This document shows, one piece after another, positions 23,046 to 34,549 of a stretch of 64,000 nt of DNA. Source of the stretch: Neophaeotheca triangularis (taxonomy: Eukaryota). The DNA lies in contig BAAIJX010000034.1 of assembly GCA_054600435.1 (NCBI GenBank), positions 62,001-126,000 on the forward strand. Direction: 5' to 3'. The notes under the pieces were generated by a model. It searched no databases and was not told the origin of the DNA. It saw only the letters and a program-made list of their open reading frames with translations. Position 1 is the first letter of the stretch. The number at the start of each line of letters is the position of its first letter. Made by a program: the position numbers and the translations under genes.

Positions 23046-25061
23046 TCACTCCGCAGGCCATTCCTTGAAATACCACGGTTCCTTGCCCTCGTAGAGTTTG
23101 CCCGGGAGCTCAAAGGGAGGCTTGACCCGATCATTGAAAACGTCCATGTTCGGTAATGGAAAGCTGCTGACCGCCGCCTTGGGCCTTTCCACCACTGTAG
23201 ACTCCTCCCCATCATCTTCGCTCTCCGTCTCGGAATCTTCAATCTTTGCCTTGGCTTTCGCCGCAGCCTCCGCTGACTCTTTCTTTTCGCCATCTGCCTC
23301 TTCATCCTCACTCTCGGTCTCATCAGGGTCACGCTCCACCACCTCCTTCAGCGTTCCCCCGGGTCCATGCCGTGCATCCATCGCAGCTTGACCGAAACGA
23401 ACGGGCAGCAAGACGCCGCACTCCCAATTCCGGCAATTGACCCTCCACTGCTTCGTCTTCTTATCAAGCACTAGTTTTCCCCAAGCACTCTCGCTCATGT
23501 TCGCGCTTCCCACATACGCCCATGCCACAGCTTCGCCGGCGTCCTCTCCACTCTTCTCATCACCGACCAGTCGATGGCCCCTCGCGTAGAGAATTTTGTT
23601 GTGACTGAGCAGGCCCTTACGCGTGGAGGTGTATTCCCGGAAGCAGCTCCTTGGGAAATTGTGCGCTTCGAACCACTTGCGGCTGAGACAGATAGTCCCT
23701 ACCGCTCCGGCATTTGAGGCTCGCACAGTGTCGTAAGTCGGGAAGTAGATTCGCAATTTCTCGCGCATTTCGATGCTCTCCTTCAACCGTTGCTCTGGCT
23801 TCGATGAACCTTTGAAGAAATTGTTCTTCGCATTTACTGCTGCTTCGGCGGACTGTGTGATCATGTCTGTGCCGCGAGCGGCAGAATGGACTGAGCGTAG
23901 GAAGTCGTCGTTAAGAGAGCCGATTGAGGACGCTGCGAAGTCGATTTGAAGATTGCTAGCGGTTTGTAGGTTCAGATGTCGCACAGCGCGAGCGAGACCG
24001 GGGACACCTGTACGTTGCGCCTCGGTGCCGTGAAGTATGCCACCAATAGCGTGGACAAATGCCATGTCTACTGTTGCTGAGAAGTCAAATTTAAGAACTC
24101 CTGCGAGGACGTCTTCGTCTAGACCCTGCTTTTCGAGGAAGAAGACAAGTTCTTTTCCAAACGCAGTGAGGTCGTCCACGCATTGGGAAGTCTCGCGACG
24201 CGGTAAGTCGAGCACGAAGACGCTGTTTTCCATAACCCCTGACTCGCCCCAGTCAAAATCTAAAAGATTGGCCGTAGGTATCGCGATTCGCATTTTGTCG
24301 GGGTGAAAGAGGAGCATGAGTTTTGAGTGCATGCAATTCGTTTGACCTTCCATGGGTGGGAAGCACAATCTCAAGTAAGAACGAGCGGGCTCGGTTTCTT
24401 CAAGCATTTGCTTCCTGAGCTCTGCTTCTTTCGCTTGCATGATGAAAACGCATTTGGTCTTGCCGCCTTGTATGGGCGTCTTTAGCTTACCAAGGACCCA
24501 ATCCATATCCCATTGAAAAGCTGATAGAACTGCTGTCTTGAGAGTGTTTGTTTCGAGGACTTCCTCCAGCTTGATGTCATCGCCAGTACGTTCATAACCA
24601 AAAGCCCACGTCTTTTTGACAACGCCGCGAGGATACTTGATACCAGCACTCCCTTCATTACTTGGCTTGGACGGAACACCTGATGTCCGAAGTCTATCGT
24701 TTGCAGCATTGGCAGCAGCGGATTTGCGTTCTTTCTGGTCGCCCTGGACGGTCGTTGAAAACGTTCTGAGCTGGGCACCGCTTGGAAAGCTCGTAGTATC
24801 TGTATCAAGCTTCGGCGCTTTACGAGATGATGGCGCAGGAGGCGTAATTGAACGCTCCCGCTTCTTCGCTTGCCTTGCCAGGCGCTCCTCCTCCATAGCC
24901 TTGCGGTTCAAGCCAAGCAGAGACATTGTTGATGGTGCTGCTGGGGGTGCAGTGGTGCTCGTATTCGGCTCCTCATCAAAAGCTCCCTTCGGACTGCTTT
25001 CCGCGAGAGACAATGCAATGGCCCTCTTGACATCCTCGTCCTCGGAATCGGCAGCGGACAT
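23046..25061 (-). CDS. TDP1: Tyrosyl-DNA phosphodiesterase 1 family protein with an N-terminal ubiquitin-interacting motif
   Basis: Two PLD-superfamily HxK motifs (CMHSKLMLL and LSHNKILY), WAYVGSANMSESAWG, NWECGVLLP and a terminal PW motif. UIM-like EDEDVKRAIALSLAES at the N-terminus. ATG at 25061. Confidence 0.88.
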   Translation of the reverse strand: MSAADSEDEDVKRAIALSLAESSPKGAFDEEPNTSTTAPPAAPSTMSLLGLNRKAMEEERLARQAKKRERSITPPAPSSRKAPKLDTDTTSFPSGAQLRTFSTTVQGDQKERKSAAANAANDRLRTSGVPSKPSNEGSAGIKYPRGVVKKTWAFGYERTGDDIKLEEVLETNTLKTAVLSAFQWDMDWVLGKLKTPIQGGKTKCVFIMQAKEAELRKQMLEETEPARSYLRLCFPPMEGQTNCMHSKLMLLFHPDKMRIAIPTANLLDFDWGESGVMENSVFVLDLPRRETSQCVDDLTAFGKELVFFLEKQGLDEDVLAGVLKFDFSATVDMAFVHAIGGILHGTEAQRTGVPGLARAVRHLNLQTASNLQIDFAASSIGSLNDDFLRSVHSAARGTDMITQSAEAAVNAKNNFFKGSSKPEQRLKESIEMREKLRIYFPTYDTVRASNAGAVGTICLSRKWFEAHNFPRSCFREYTSTRKGLLSHNKILYARGHRLVGDEKSGEDAGEAVAWAYVGSANMSESAWGKLVLDKKTKQWRVNCRNWECGVLLPVRFGQAAMDARHGPGGTLKEVVERDPDETESEDEEADGEKKESAEAAAKAKAKIEDSETESEDDGEESTVVERPKAAVSSFPLPNMDVFNDRVKPPFELPGKLYEGKEPWYFKEWPAE

Positions 25062-25595
25062 CTTATTGAAAGTGACGAGCCGACGTACTAATAAAGCGCA
25101 AGAACCCAGTACCTGACGGTCTACCGTTGAAGTCAGAGGCCTTGTATGCCTTGTCAACATGTATGGGTGACTGTCTTGAACGTCAACAAACACTTAGGAA
25201 GGTAGAGGGAAGCTGAAGCCGAGTCGAGTAGTAGAAAGTACGCCGGGCTGGAGTCCGTAACATTCAGTGACCGGGAGCAAGGTCGTGTGATTTGCTAGCT
25301 CCGCCTCGACTTGGGACAGTCACCGGAGCGCAAACACGGGATAATGTCAAGGTAAGGTACTAGTTAGTACCTAAGAAGGGTACTAGTAATATTATTGTAT
25401 TGTTGATTAGGCGCATTTGAAGCAACGCCTGGATGCAGCTACAAGACCCCTGAGCTCGACACCGAACCCGAGACCGAACCGGAGGAGCAGGGCAAAGCAC
25501 GGACTCTATCAAAAAGCAACGGCGTCCGTTAGAGACACCGAAAAGCTCCACTCCTCCTCCACTTCAACCTCGCAAGAAGCAAAAAAGATATCAAA

Positions 25596-25714
25596 AGATG
25601 CAGCAGGTGGGATTCCCACGTGGTCACCCACCGTAGTACTAATCACCCGCTTCAGTGCTTAAGTTCTCGAGAGCGGACGGGATCGACTGTATACACTGAG
25701 CTCTGGCCGCATCT
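25596..25714 (-). rRNA. 5S rRNA gene (dispersed copy, 119 nt)
   Basis: The minus strand reads AGATGCGGCCAGAGCTCAGTG...GATCCCGTCCGCTC...TTAAGC...TTAGTACTACGGTGGGTGACCACGTGGGAAT...GCTGCATCT. Helix I (AGAUGCGGC/GCUGCAUCU), helix II (GCUCAGUG/CACUGAAGC), loop C and loop E are intact. It is followed by T4 and T6 terminators, with TATATA at about -25 to -30. Confidence 0.95.
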
Positions 25715-26231
25715 GGATGACACTGAGAACTTTTGCAATATATACTCTTTCAACAATGCCTCCTTGAAGTAGGAGCCAAGTTACGAGCATTATGGCGCCC
25801 TCTAGCCTTTCACCTGTCATCTTGGACGACCTGAGCTTCAAATACTTTCTCACGCTTTCAGAATGCGAGCTATCCTTCCTGGACCAACATACGACACGAA
25901 TCTTGTCGTCCGGGTGCCGTTCCGCCAAGTCTGACTGAATGTCTTTAAGCCTCTTCTGCTGTGACTGCTCTCTAGATTCTTCTCGCGGCGTCAAGCTCGG
26001 CCAGAAAGCCGTGGTCGCTGTCACAGCAGGAGGTTGCAGTGCTCATCCCCGATCACGAATCGATCGCACTTCGCCGGGCAAAGAGTTTCTGTAATTGCTG
26101 CCGAGTAGACGGCGAACCGTTCCCACCGTAAGAAAGCACGAGAATGGAATCAATTCTACTTGGAAGGCTAGTGTAGAACCAAGTGTAATGACACCGTTGC
26201 AAGTGTTGGAAAGGATTCCATCATGTCGATG

Positions 26232-27202
26232 CTAATAAGTTTTCGGCCAACCCGCCAACGTCAACGTCAATTCATTGTTCTTGATTATCTCATCCTTCAT
26301 CGCAGCCAACTCATCAACGTCCCAATGGGCCCACAGGTACCGCCCACCAGTCCAGTCCGCCTGAGTAGAAGCCAGCCACACCGCAAACGCAGCGGGCAAA
26401 CTCACTATCAGAAGATGTTAGCAAAGGCAAAGCCATCCTCTCAGCCAAACGAGGCGAAACTCACAATCATCCATCTTCATCGTTGCTCCACTGATGGCAT
26501 TCATCTCTGTCTCCAAAACCCCCGGATGCATCGACACAACCCTGACCCCCTTATCCTTCGCCTCTGTCTGCAAAGCCCCAATCAAACTCGCCAACGCCGC
26601 CTTGGAAGTCAAATACGCCGAGGAACCAGGCACAACAAGCCCCACATGCGCCATAGCCGTATTCACAGAAACAAAAACCGCGCCCTCAGCAGCTCTATTC
26701 GCCATAAAAGCCTGCCAAAGCAACACGGTGCCCTTTACATTGACCTCGTAGCCGCGCCACCAGGTTTCAGGTCGGCCATCTCCGTTTCCGCCGGTGTAGG
26801 AAAGGACCCAGCATTCGCGACAACAACATCCACGGCCCCGAAACGCCGCTTCACCTCCGCAAAAACCTCCTTCAACCGTCCCGCATCCACCACGTCGGCG
26901 GCGAAACTCAGCACTTCTGTCTTAGTCCCGTCCCGAGCAGCGGCGTTCTCCAAGTCTTTCTTGGTTTCCTGGAGTTTTTGCTCCCTGCGTCCAAGGATCA
27001 CGACAGTCTTGGCGCCGGCGGTTACGAAGGCGGATGCAATGTGTCGCCCTACTCCCGAACCGCCGCCGGTTATGAGGATGACTTTGTCTTTGGCGGAGAG
27101 AGCCGGGTTGGAGGGGGATATGGAGGGGTAGGCGCCCCGGTGCACGGTGCGGGTGTAGTAGGGCCATTCCCAATCTACGGCCGGGGAAGCGGTGGAGGAC
27201 AT
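26232..27202 (-). pseudogene. Short-chain dehydrogenase/reductase with a single-base frameshift (pseudogene or sequence error)
   Basis: TGGGSGVG (Rossmann fold), ANAG, YLTSK (YxxxK), MHPG and a last exon ..[26 protein letters not shown]. The frame breaks at about 26770 (GAC CT GAA ACC TGG TGG). One intron at about 26465-26405. Confidence 0.8.
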
Positions 27203-28181
27203 GGTTAGCAAGTCAACCTGGGTAGGTAGGATATGGAGCGCCGGAATCGAATCAGTAAGGTTAGGTGATGGGATTGAAAGGGATTGGAGTATGTTTCACG
27301 GAAGGGGTGATGGCCCTTTATAGCACGCTCCATGTCAGCGTAGCGGTAGCAATATGCTGGGTTATTGTTGTGGTTTGTCAGGCACTGTAAGCGGCATCCC
27401 ACTGTACACCAAACTCCCGTGACATGTGGCAAAAACATGTCCCCTTATCTGTTAAGTCCGCACACCGCCCCGCCGTCAGACGCCCTGGACCAAAATGCGC
27501 GCTTACTACCAGTCAGCTTGGACAGATCTGGGCTCCCGCTCATCACAAATCCAACAAGAGCCAAGGAAGACCAGGGGCATAGAGCTCCCCGGCTTCAGTA
27601 CCTACAGTAGGCACTATGTTACCGCCAGCTCGAAAGAGGAACACCGGCAACATACTGTACGTTACCTTAGTCCTAGCAGCAACGCCGTCGACGAAGACAT
27701 GTCTGGTTCAAGCTCTTGAGACTCGCAAGATGTTTGCGTAGGTAAGCCGCGTCGTGGTTAGACCGATAGAAGGCATTTCACGCGGCCATCTATTGGTTTC
27801 CAATGGAAGCTGGAGGTTTGATAGGGGGCGCAGTCTGACTCAGCTTCCAGACACTGCGGCAGATTCATTCCCAGTAGAGAACCTCCACTATCTTATTGGT
27901 GGTTGCATGTCGATTCGGGCATGAGCATAGCTTGAGCATGGTTTTAGATGCGGCTAGTGGGTGCGATGGACAGCTGATGTAAGTTTGGATCTCTGAAAGG
28001 CGAAGGGGCCATTGATTATGCACGGGTGAATTCTAAACTAGAATACTTCCGTCTCAAGTATTTCACTCCAAGCTCATAGGGTATCATGCAAATATACACA
28101 TATCTCAGCAAGCCCCCCTCGAGCTCAGCCAGCGCCTTGTAGCAGCAAACCACCTACCCCCTCCTTCCCGCACACTGTTTC

Positions 28182-30314
28182 CTAAAATCTTCCCTGCTTA
28201 CTATCCCGAGCACTAGCAACAGTGGCCCTGAACTCCTTCCACAGATTCGCCACCACATTCTCTTTCTCCATACGATCCACAATCCGATTAGCCTCCTTAC
28301 GTCTCTTCTTAGTACTCCAGCGGTCTCGCTCGACGACTTTCGCAGCTCTATCGTAGCCCTTGCCAATCAGCCAGGTCATGACGAATTCATTGAGAGCGTA
28401 CCGCCAATGTTGCAGACTGTGTGCGGTTTCCGAGTTGGCTTTGCAAAATTTGCCAACGTAGTAGATGGTATTTGCGGGAGCAATTTCGATGCCTTGGGCG
28501 TCGTAGGCGGGTTGGTCATCGGGGTTGGGTTTGCCGGCGGAGTTTGTGCTCTCCGAGTCGGAATCGGAGTCGGAGTCGTCCTCGTCGTTGTCACCGCCCA
28601 CGTCTTCCAGAGTGTGTCGGTTGTAGGGTTTGCCTTGAAATTGTATCTCGAAAGTCGCCGGGTGTCCAGAGCGGTTGCAGGCGTCGCAGTGGTCGTTCAT
28701 AAAGTGCTCTGGATTGTGGCGGTCGATTTCCACAATGGCAATCTCGGGTCTTGCTCGTAGCTGTTTCGTGTATTCGGGAGTCCAGGCTGCGGACGTGAAT
28801 TTGGAGCCTGCGAGGCCGCGAACTTCGTCGTCGAGTTTGCGGAACGTGAGCTCGTAAATTTCGTCATCCATTTGAAAGGCTGGGTTGATCTTCTTTTGCA
28901 CCATGAATTCTACGGCGAATTTGAAGAGCTCTTTGGGCTTCATGGAGGCGTAGCGGGTGAAGGCTAAGGGAATGCCTTTTGGCACGCCGAGATCGTTCTC
29001 TTCGTCTTCGTCTACTAGGAACTCAGCGTCCTCGTCCTCCTCCCTGAAGAATTCGCGGCTGCTGGTAGGCTTCGGCGGGATGGTGGCTTCGGCCTCGCTG
29101 TCCTCATCTTCGTCCTCGACTTCTGCGCCACCATCATCGTGATCCTCGCCATCGTCGGGATAGCCAATCACTCCATCCTCCTCTTCATCATCTTCAATGA
29201 CAACCGGCTCATCGGGCTGTTTCGTTCGCTTGCGCTTGAGCTTCTCCAAAGCACTTTGCCTTGCGTTCTTCGCGGCCGATTGCGTGTTGCGAGGTGCTCT
29301 TCTCTCCGAATCGCTTTCCTCCTCACTCGGCGCAAGGAAATCAAGATCCTCGTTGAGTTCCTCCTGCTCTTGCTGAGTCAAAACACGGCGTGGGCGCTGG
29401 AGCTTGCGACGTCCCGGAGTCTTTGGCACCTCATCTTCTTCGTCGTCGTCGTCTTCTCCATCTTCATCGTCGTTTTCAGGGACTTCTGAGGCTTTGCGCT
29501 TCCGCGGCTGCTCGATAACTTGCACTTCATCATCGCTGTCGATAGCCCGAGGAGGCGAAGAGCTAACAAAGCTACTTTCTCTCGCTTGCTGAGCGCGCTG
29601 ACGCCGCTGTTTACCAGACGTAGTAGGCATGGCATCCTCGCTGTCTTCGTCATCATTATCGATAACCTGGGGCTTGCTCTTGACTGCTATTACTTCGTCC
29701 TCGTCCTCATCGTCTTCAATCGCGGACGGCCTTTGCTGTGAGCGAGTAACACGTCCTTTCGACTTGCCACCCTTGTTCTTTCCTCTTTTCTCGCCCTTCT
29801 TCGTTTGCGCTTGTGGTGCCATTTTGTCTGGTGATGGTAGTTCCTCTGACTCGTCGCTCGAACCTTTGGTGGATTTGGATTTGCCAAACATTCGCTGCGA
29901 AGACTTTGGCGCCGTGGGCGAAGAGACGTTGATCGAGGACCCAGGTGCGTCGTGGGTCCCAGCAAACTTCAGTTGCTGCTGCTTGCCTTTACGCCGCTTG
30001 GAACTGAAGGCCCCTCCACGCTTTTGAGTAGACTCCAGTGGTTCACTGTCACTATCGCTGCTGATTTCAGCGGGCTTCCCATTCTGCTCGACTGTTCCTG
30101 CAGGCGTTGGCATAGGTGCACGAAGGCTGTGAGGGACGTCATCGTTCACTCCACTTTGGACTTTGCGCTTCTTCACCGGGCTGGCGCCATCGAAGGTGAC
30201 CATGGCAGCGCGATCTTGGATTTGCTTCGGATATCCCTGAGCTGCTGGCGACGAAGAAGGGACCGGACTGAAGCCAAGCTGTGTCTGCCGCTTTCGTTTT
30301 AAGTTTCGAGCCAT
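28182..30314 (-). CDS. DUF4211 / CCDC82-like acidic nuclear protein
   Basis: Long acidic/basic disordered N-terminus followed by a conserved-looking domain: FKFAVEFMVQKKINPAF..FRKLDDEV..SKFTSAAW..CDACNRSGHPA..VGKFCK..HSLQHW. Confidence 0.75.
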   Translation of the reverse strand: MARNLKRKRQTQLGFSPVPSSSPAAQGYPKQIQDRAAMVTFDGASPVKKRKVQSGVNDDVPHSLRAPMPTPAGTVEQNGKPAEISSDSDSEPLESTQKRGGAFSSKRRKGKQQQLKFAGTHDAPGSSINVSSPTAPKSSQRMFGKSKSTKGSSDESEELPSPDKMAPQAQTKKGEKRGKNKGGKSKGRVTRSQQRPSAIEDDEDEDEVIAVKSKPQVIDNDDEDSEDAMPTTSGKQRRQRAQQARESSFVSSSPPRAIDSDDEVQVIEQPRKRKASEVPENDDEDGEDDDDEEDEVPKTPGRRKLQRPRRVLTQQEQEELNEDLDFLAPSEEESDSERRAPRNTQSAAKNARQSALEKLKRKRTKQPDEPVVIEDDEEEDGVIGYPDDGEDHDDGGAEVEDEDEDSEAEATIPPKPTSSREFFREEDEDAEFLVDEDEENDLGVPKGIPLAFTRYASMKPKELFKFAVEFMVQKKINPAFQMDDEIYELTFRKLDDEVRGLAGSKFTSAAWTPEYTKQLRARPEIAIVEIDRHNPEHFMNDHCDACNRSGHPATFEIQFQGKPYNRHTLEDVGGDNDEDDSDSDSDSESTNSAGKPNPDDQPAYDAQGIEIAPANTIYYVGKFCKANSETAHSLQHWRYALNEFVMTWLIGKGYDRAAKVVERDRWSTKKRRKEANRIVDRMEKENVVANLWKEFRATVASARDSKQGRF

Positions 30315-30861
30315 GATGGGAGCAAAGTGGTATGTGATGTATTCTCAAGCGAGCATACTTCTCTGCACAGCAATCCGGCCCGGCTAGAGGTCGAAGCGAC
30401 GGTGACTGTGGTGTCGTGTGAGGTGAAGTCGTCGGTGGAGTGAGAAAAGAGAAAGGAAGTGGCGCTGCCTCCGGAGGTACCAACTACTTCTTCAAGCAGC
30501 AGTCGCGTGAACGTCGCGTCGCTCTGTAAGGTACCTAGGAGCCTTAGGTTAACTAGATTAGATGCCTTATCAAAGTCTTATCTTATCTTATCGCAGACCA
30601 ATGACGCAGCGGTAAACACCACCCGCCCCCGCCCTGCACCTGGAGGCTGCCGCTTTCCTTGCTTTCAAACATCTCTACCTAGATTGCTCTATTCGATTGC
30701 TCTTGACGTGCGACAGATGTCCAACTCTCACCAGCTCCACTATAAGAATCGCAAGCAGTCATTTCTCTGTCTCTGTCTCTGTCACCTCCAGTTGATCTCG
30801 CACACAATCGCCCTTACCATCCCTTACATCGCAGAGCAAATCCTACCTTACCTAGGCAGCC

Positions 30862-33201
30862 ATGGCCTCACAGAAGCATACAGGTCTCCTGGACCTCCCA
30901 ATTGACATTCTTCTCATCATCTTCCCCTATCTTGATGCCTCAAGCTTCCTCCACCTCACCGCAACCTGCAGAGATCTCCGCAATCCCAATATCCTCTTCG
31001 AACCCTCGTTCTGGTCCGTCGCATTAAAAACATCCTTCCGTGTCCCGAACCAACCCGTAGTCCAGCATGACGGCGAAAGATCCTACAAACTCTTCAAACG
31101 CATGTCCACCCAGAGCAGGATATACACATGGGGTAACAATGAGAAAGGTTGTCTGGGCCATTCTTGGGAAGATCGAGCATCCATTGTTGCAAATACCCCG
31201 CCAGCTCTGAGGAGAGCGAGGGCGATGCGTGGTCGCCACGTCAGCTGGCCCGCCGAGATGAGGGAATGCGAGATGATGGGAGTCGTGTCGGATCTGCAGT
31301 GCGGCGGATGGTCCACTACCATGCTTACTGCGAAAGGAGCAGTTTGGAGTGTCGGGACTATGGACGGGCTCTCGGGAGGTCAAGTGGTAGGGAGACGCCA
31401 TTACAGCGGCCAAAAGATCGCGCCTCACCCAACTCCCCTACAATACCCGCCGGGTTTCGTACATCCGAACGAGCGCTACGAGCCCAGCACGGCTATCAAG
31501 CAGATCAGTGTGGGCAGATCGCATGTTCTAGGGCTTGCGGACAGTGGGAGAATATGGAGTTGGAGAAATATCGAGCAGGCTGCCTTGAATGTGAAATTCA
31601 TCGATCATGATATCAGCGAGAATGGCAAGGGCGGCAATGGTACCGTGAAAAAGGTAGTCGCTGGCTGGAACAAAAGTGCCGCTTTAATTGATGGATCTGG
31701 CATAGTGCTTTGGCACCCTTTGCGTCGAGATCAGGAAGAAACGGAAATCGAAGATGCTGCTTTGGTGCTCGAAAGTGCTGTAGTGAGCAGAACCAACTGC
31801 AGAAGGAGGGGCAATAACCAAAGAGGAGAGGGGCAAAATGGCGGTGAACAAGACGAAGATTGGTTGGCCGAGACGGTAGGTGAAGTACAGAACTTCGTCC
31901 TTCTCGAGCATATTTTGGTCTTCTGCACCTCGCTTGGCAAAGTGTTTGCCTGCCGTATCAACTGGGATGGCCGCCAGCGCACTAGCGAACCAGTAGAACT
32001 ACCACTTACGGACCCCGACCCCGCCTCTGAACCAGAGCAGCCCGGAAAGGCGGAAACTGCCAACCCTGCTTTCGCAACAGACGTCCAGGGCTCCTTTCAG
32101 CGCTTCGCAGTCTTCCTCGGCTCGGGAGCAGTCCTCACCGCCGACCAAGACCGCGTCACTGCCTTCCTCGACTCGAACCAGATGCAACAACCCCTCTTCA
32201 GCCGTATCCCCGCATTGCAGCACAAGCAAGTCATCAGCGTCGCCTTCGGCGATTGGCACTATCATGCCCTCCACGCGCCGGGCTACATCACATCGTACGG
32301 CAACGAACCACAGGCCTGCGGCGCGCTAGGTCTGGGCGGCCACGGCGACCCCGAAGGCAGGTTGCGAGGAATAAGATACCGCAACATGGGCGGGGACGGA
32401 TACCTCGTCCCTCACGGTTACACGGAGGGGAGGCGCGTATGGTTTGAAGAGCAGAAGAAGTCTTGGGTCAAGTTCTTGACGAGCGGCGGGAAGGATCCGG
32501 GCGAGGCACAGGAGAGGCTAAGGATGGCTATAGGAAGTCCCGAGATCAGATGTCAGGGGGAGGTCAGCGAGTGGATCGAACAGGAGGGAAGAGATTGGGT
32601 CGCCAAGTTCAGCCTGCAAGAGCACGACGAGGATGGCTTGGGTCCGTACTTTGCCCTGAGCGTGGCGGCTGCCGGGTGGCATTCAGGCGCGCTAGTGTTG
32701 AAGAATAGCAAACTAGCCGACAAGATCGAACAAGCGTGCGAAGTCCTCGATCCAGCCGCTGCATTCAAAAGCAGCGCCGGCGGCAGTAGCAGTCGAAACA
32801 GGAATAACGAAGGTCAGCCCACCGCTCTCCACTCCCTCCTTACAGCCACAACCTCCACCCTCTCCGACTACGCCCGCTGGTTCCTAGGCTCACCTCCCTA
32901 CTCTTCCGCAGTTTCTAATCCAGTTCAAGATCCCTACGCAGATCCCAACGCCGCTTACAACAATATCATGGGACCCGCTCCCGTGCAACCGCAACCGCAA
33001 ACTGCAAGTTTCCGCCGCAATACTCTGCCCATCAATTACGGCGCCAGTCCCCGCGACGGGGTCAAGTATGTGTGGGCTGAGGACTCTTTCCCTCGACTCA
33101 GGCTCGCTGATGGTACCGAGATGCCCGGGGAGGTGGAGTTTGACGGGTGGAGGTACCCGAGGCCGGAGTGGGATTTGGATGTTTCTGCCGTGGGGATTTG
33201 A
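30862..33201 (+). CDS. SAF1: F-box protein with RCC1-like repeats (Saf1/Pof9-like SCF substrate adaptor)
   Basis: N-terminal F-box LLDLPIDILLIIFPYLD..L..TCR. RCC1-type repeats IYTWGNNEKGCLG, LQCGGWSTTML, ISVGRSHVLGL, VAFGDWHYHAL and VAAAGWHSGAL. Confidence 0.82.
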   Translation: MASQKHTGLLDLPIDILLIIFPYLDASSFLHLTATCRDLRNPNILFEPSFWSVALKTSFRVPNQPVVQHDGERSYKLFKRMSTQSRIYTWGNNEKGCLGHSWEDRASIVANTPPALRRARAMRGRHVSWPAEMRECEMMGVVSDLQCGGWSTTMLTAKGAVWSVGTMDGLSGGQVVGRRHYSGQKIAPHPTPLQYPPGFVHPNERYEPSTAIKQISVGRSHVLGLADSGRIWSWRNIEQAALNVKFIDHDISENGKGGNGTVKKVVAGWNKSAALIDGSGIVLWHPLRRDQEETEIEDAALVLESAVVSRTNCRRRGNNQRGEGQNGGEQDEDWLAETVGEVQNFVLLEHILVFCTSLGKVFACRINWDGRQRTSEPVELPLTDPDPASEPEQPGKAETANPAFATDVQGSFQRFAVFLGSGAVLTADQDRVTAFLDSNQMQQPLFSRIPALQHKQVISVAFGDWHYHALHAPGYITSYGNEPQACGALGLGGHGDPEGRLRGIRYRNMGGDGYLVPHGYTEGRRVWFEEQKKSWVKFLTSGGKDPGEAQERLRMAIGSPEIRCQGEVSEWIEQEGRDWVAKFSLQEHDEDGLGPYFALSVAAAGWHSGALVLKNSKLADKIEQACEVLDPAAAFKSSAGGSSSRNRNNEGQPTALHSLLTATTSTLSDYARWFLGSPPYSSAVSNPVQDPYADPNAAYNNIMGPAPVQPQPQTASFRRNTLPINYGASPRDGVKYVWAEDSFPRLRLADGTEMPGEVEFDGWRYPRPEWDLDVSAVGI

Positions 33202-34549
33202 GGGCGAGGGTGAGGGGAGGGGAGTATGTTTGCATTTTGAGTTGAAAGTGTCCCGCATTAGGTAGGTTTAGCATGGAGTAAGGGGCGCTGGGATGAGGGA
33301 GAAGTGCAAGACCCGCAACGAATGATGAAGACGAAGTTTCCAATGTACATTTCCGTGCCGTGCTTTCCTCTGGCGGGCAGAGAGCGAGGTGATCCAAGAC
33401 GCGCAGAGCCCCCCGTGCTATTTCCTTCACAATCAGCGTTTAGCTTTCGAAACTGTTTCCAAGTTCATCCTACCTCATTCACGCTATAAACCACATCGTC
33501 AACCTGAAAGTGGCAACTACACGACCCCACTGAAAACTCAAGCCCTAATAAACCCCGAATTACCAACTTATGGGATATCATCCCAAAGGCCCTCCCTCCC
33601 TAGACACTACTCGCCTAGGTAACCTTAACTCAACCAAACCAGACTCTTTTTCGCTCGAAGGACCGTGTAGCGATCCCCCCCCCCAAAGCAAGGCAAACTC
33701 CAACTCCAACTCCAACCCTAAACCGAAAAAAATACCCCTGAAGACTTAGGTACTAGTATTTATACGTGCAAGATTTGCCGCTAATGGCAACAGCGACAGC
33801 GACAGCGACGGCAACACATCACCATTCCCACTTCCACAAAAGAATGAGTGGTAGCATAGTTAGAGCCACGGAGAGTGACGAGACTAGGGGGTCCACAATG
33901 GACGAAGCATTAGAATTGGAAGAAGCAAGAGAGTGCTGACATCAAAAGACGATCGAATGCATGAAAGCGTGAGGAAGGAAGTTAGTAAGAGTTGTAGCTT
34001 TCAGCTGGCCATCTGACAGCAGCCCTTCCCTTCACCCTCGTCCTCGCCCTCGCCCTCGCCCTGACCCCCGCCCTACCTCGAAGACTCTGCGACTCACTCT
34101 ACCGCGAAGGAGCTACAGCTACAACTTCATCATCATCATAAGACAATACCCTCCCGCCCTCTTCTCCCTCGTCCTCATCCTCATCCTCCTGCCGCTATCT
34201 AGCGCAAAAGTCGGAAAGCAAAGAGCGACCGAGCTCCGTGCAGTGAGCAAAGCGGAAGCCAGCTAGGAAGTGAGACCAGACCAGCCCGGCCGTGTCTTGT
34301 CTTGTCTTATCCCGCTGTGACATGATGGCATCCATCTGCCGATCCTGCGGTACGGGCGTCGTTCGGAGTCTTGTGTGTTTCTTCATCGCTGGTGGCTCAC
34401 TGTAGCGAGTCCGCACTTCGTGGTTCGCAGTTCGCAATTTAAACCGTGGCTTTGTTTATACATGACCCATCTCGAGAGGCACTTTTTTCCCCCGGGAGGG
34501 AAAACGGAAGGAGGGCAAATGAAAAGTGCATTGCATTGCACACTCGTCA

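Noticed and set aside
25659..26024. 121-aa minus-strand ORF running into the 5S gene
   Set aside because: It has a non-ATG start and no domain, and it overlaps the 5S promoter and gene.
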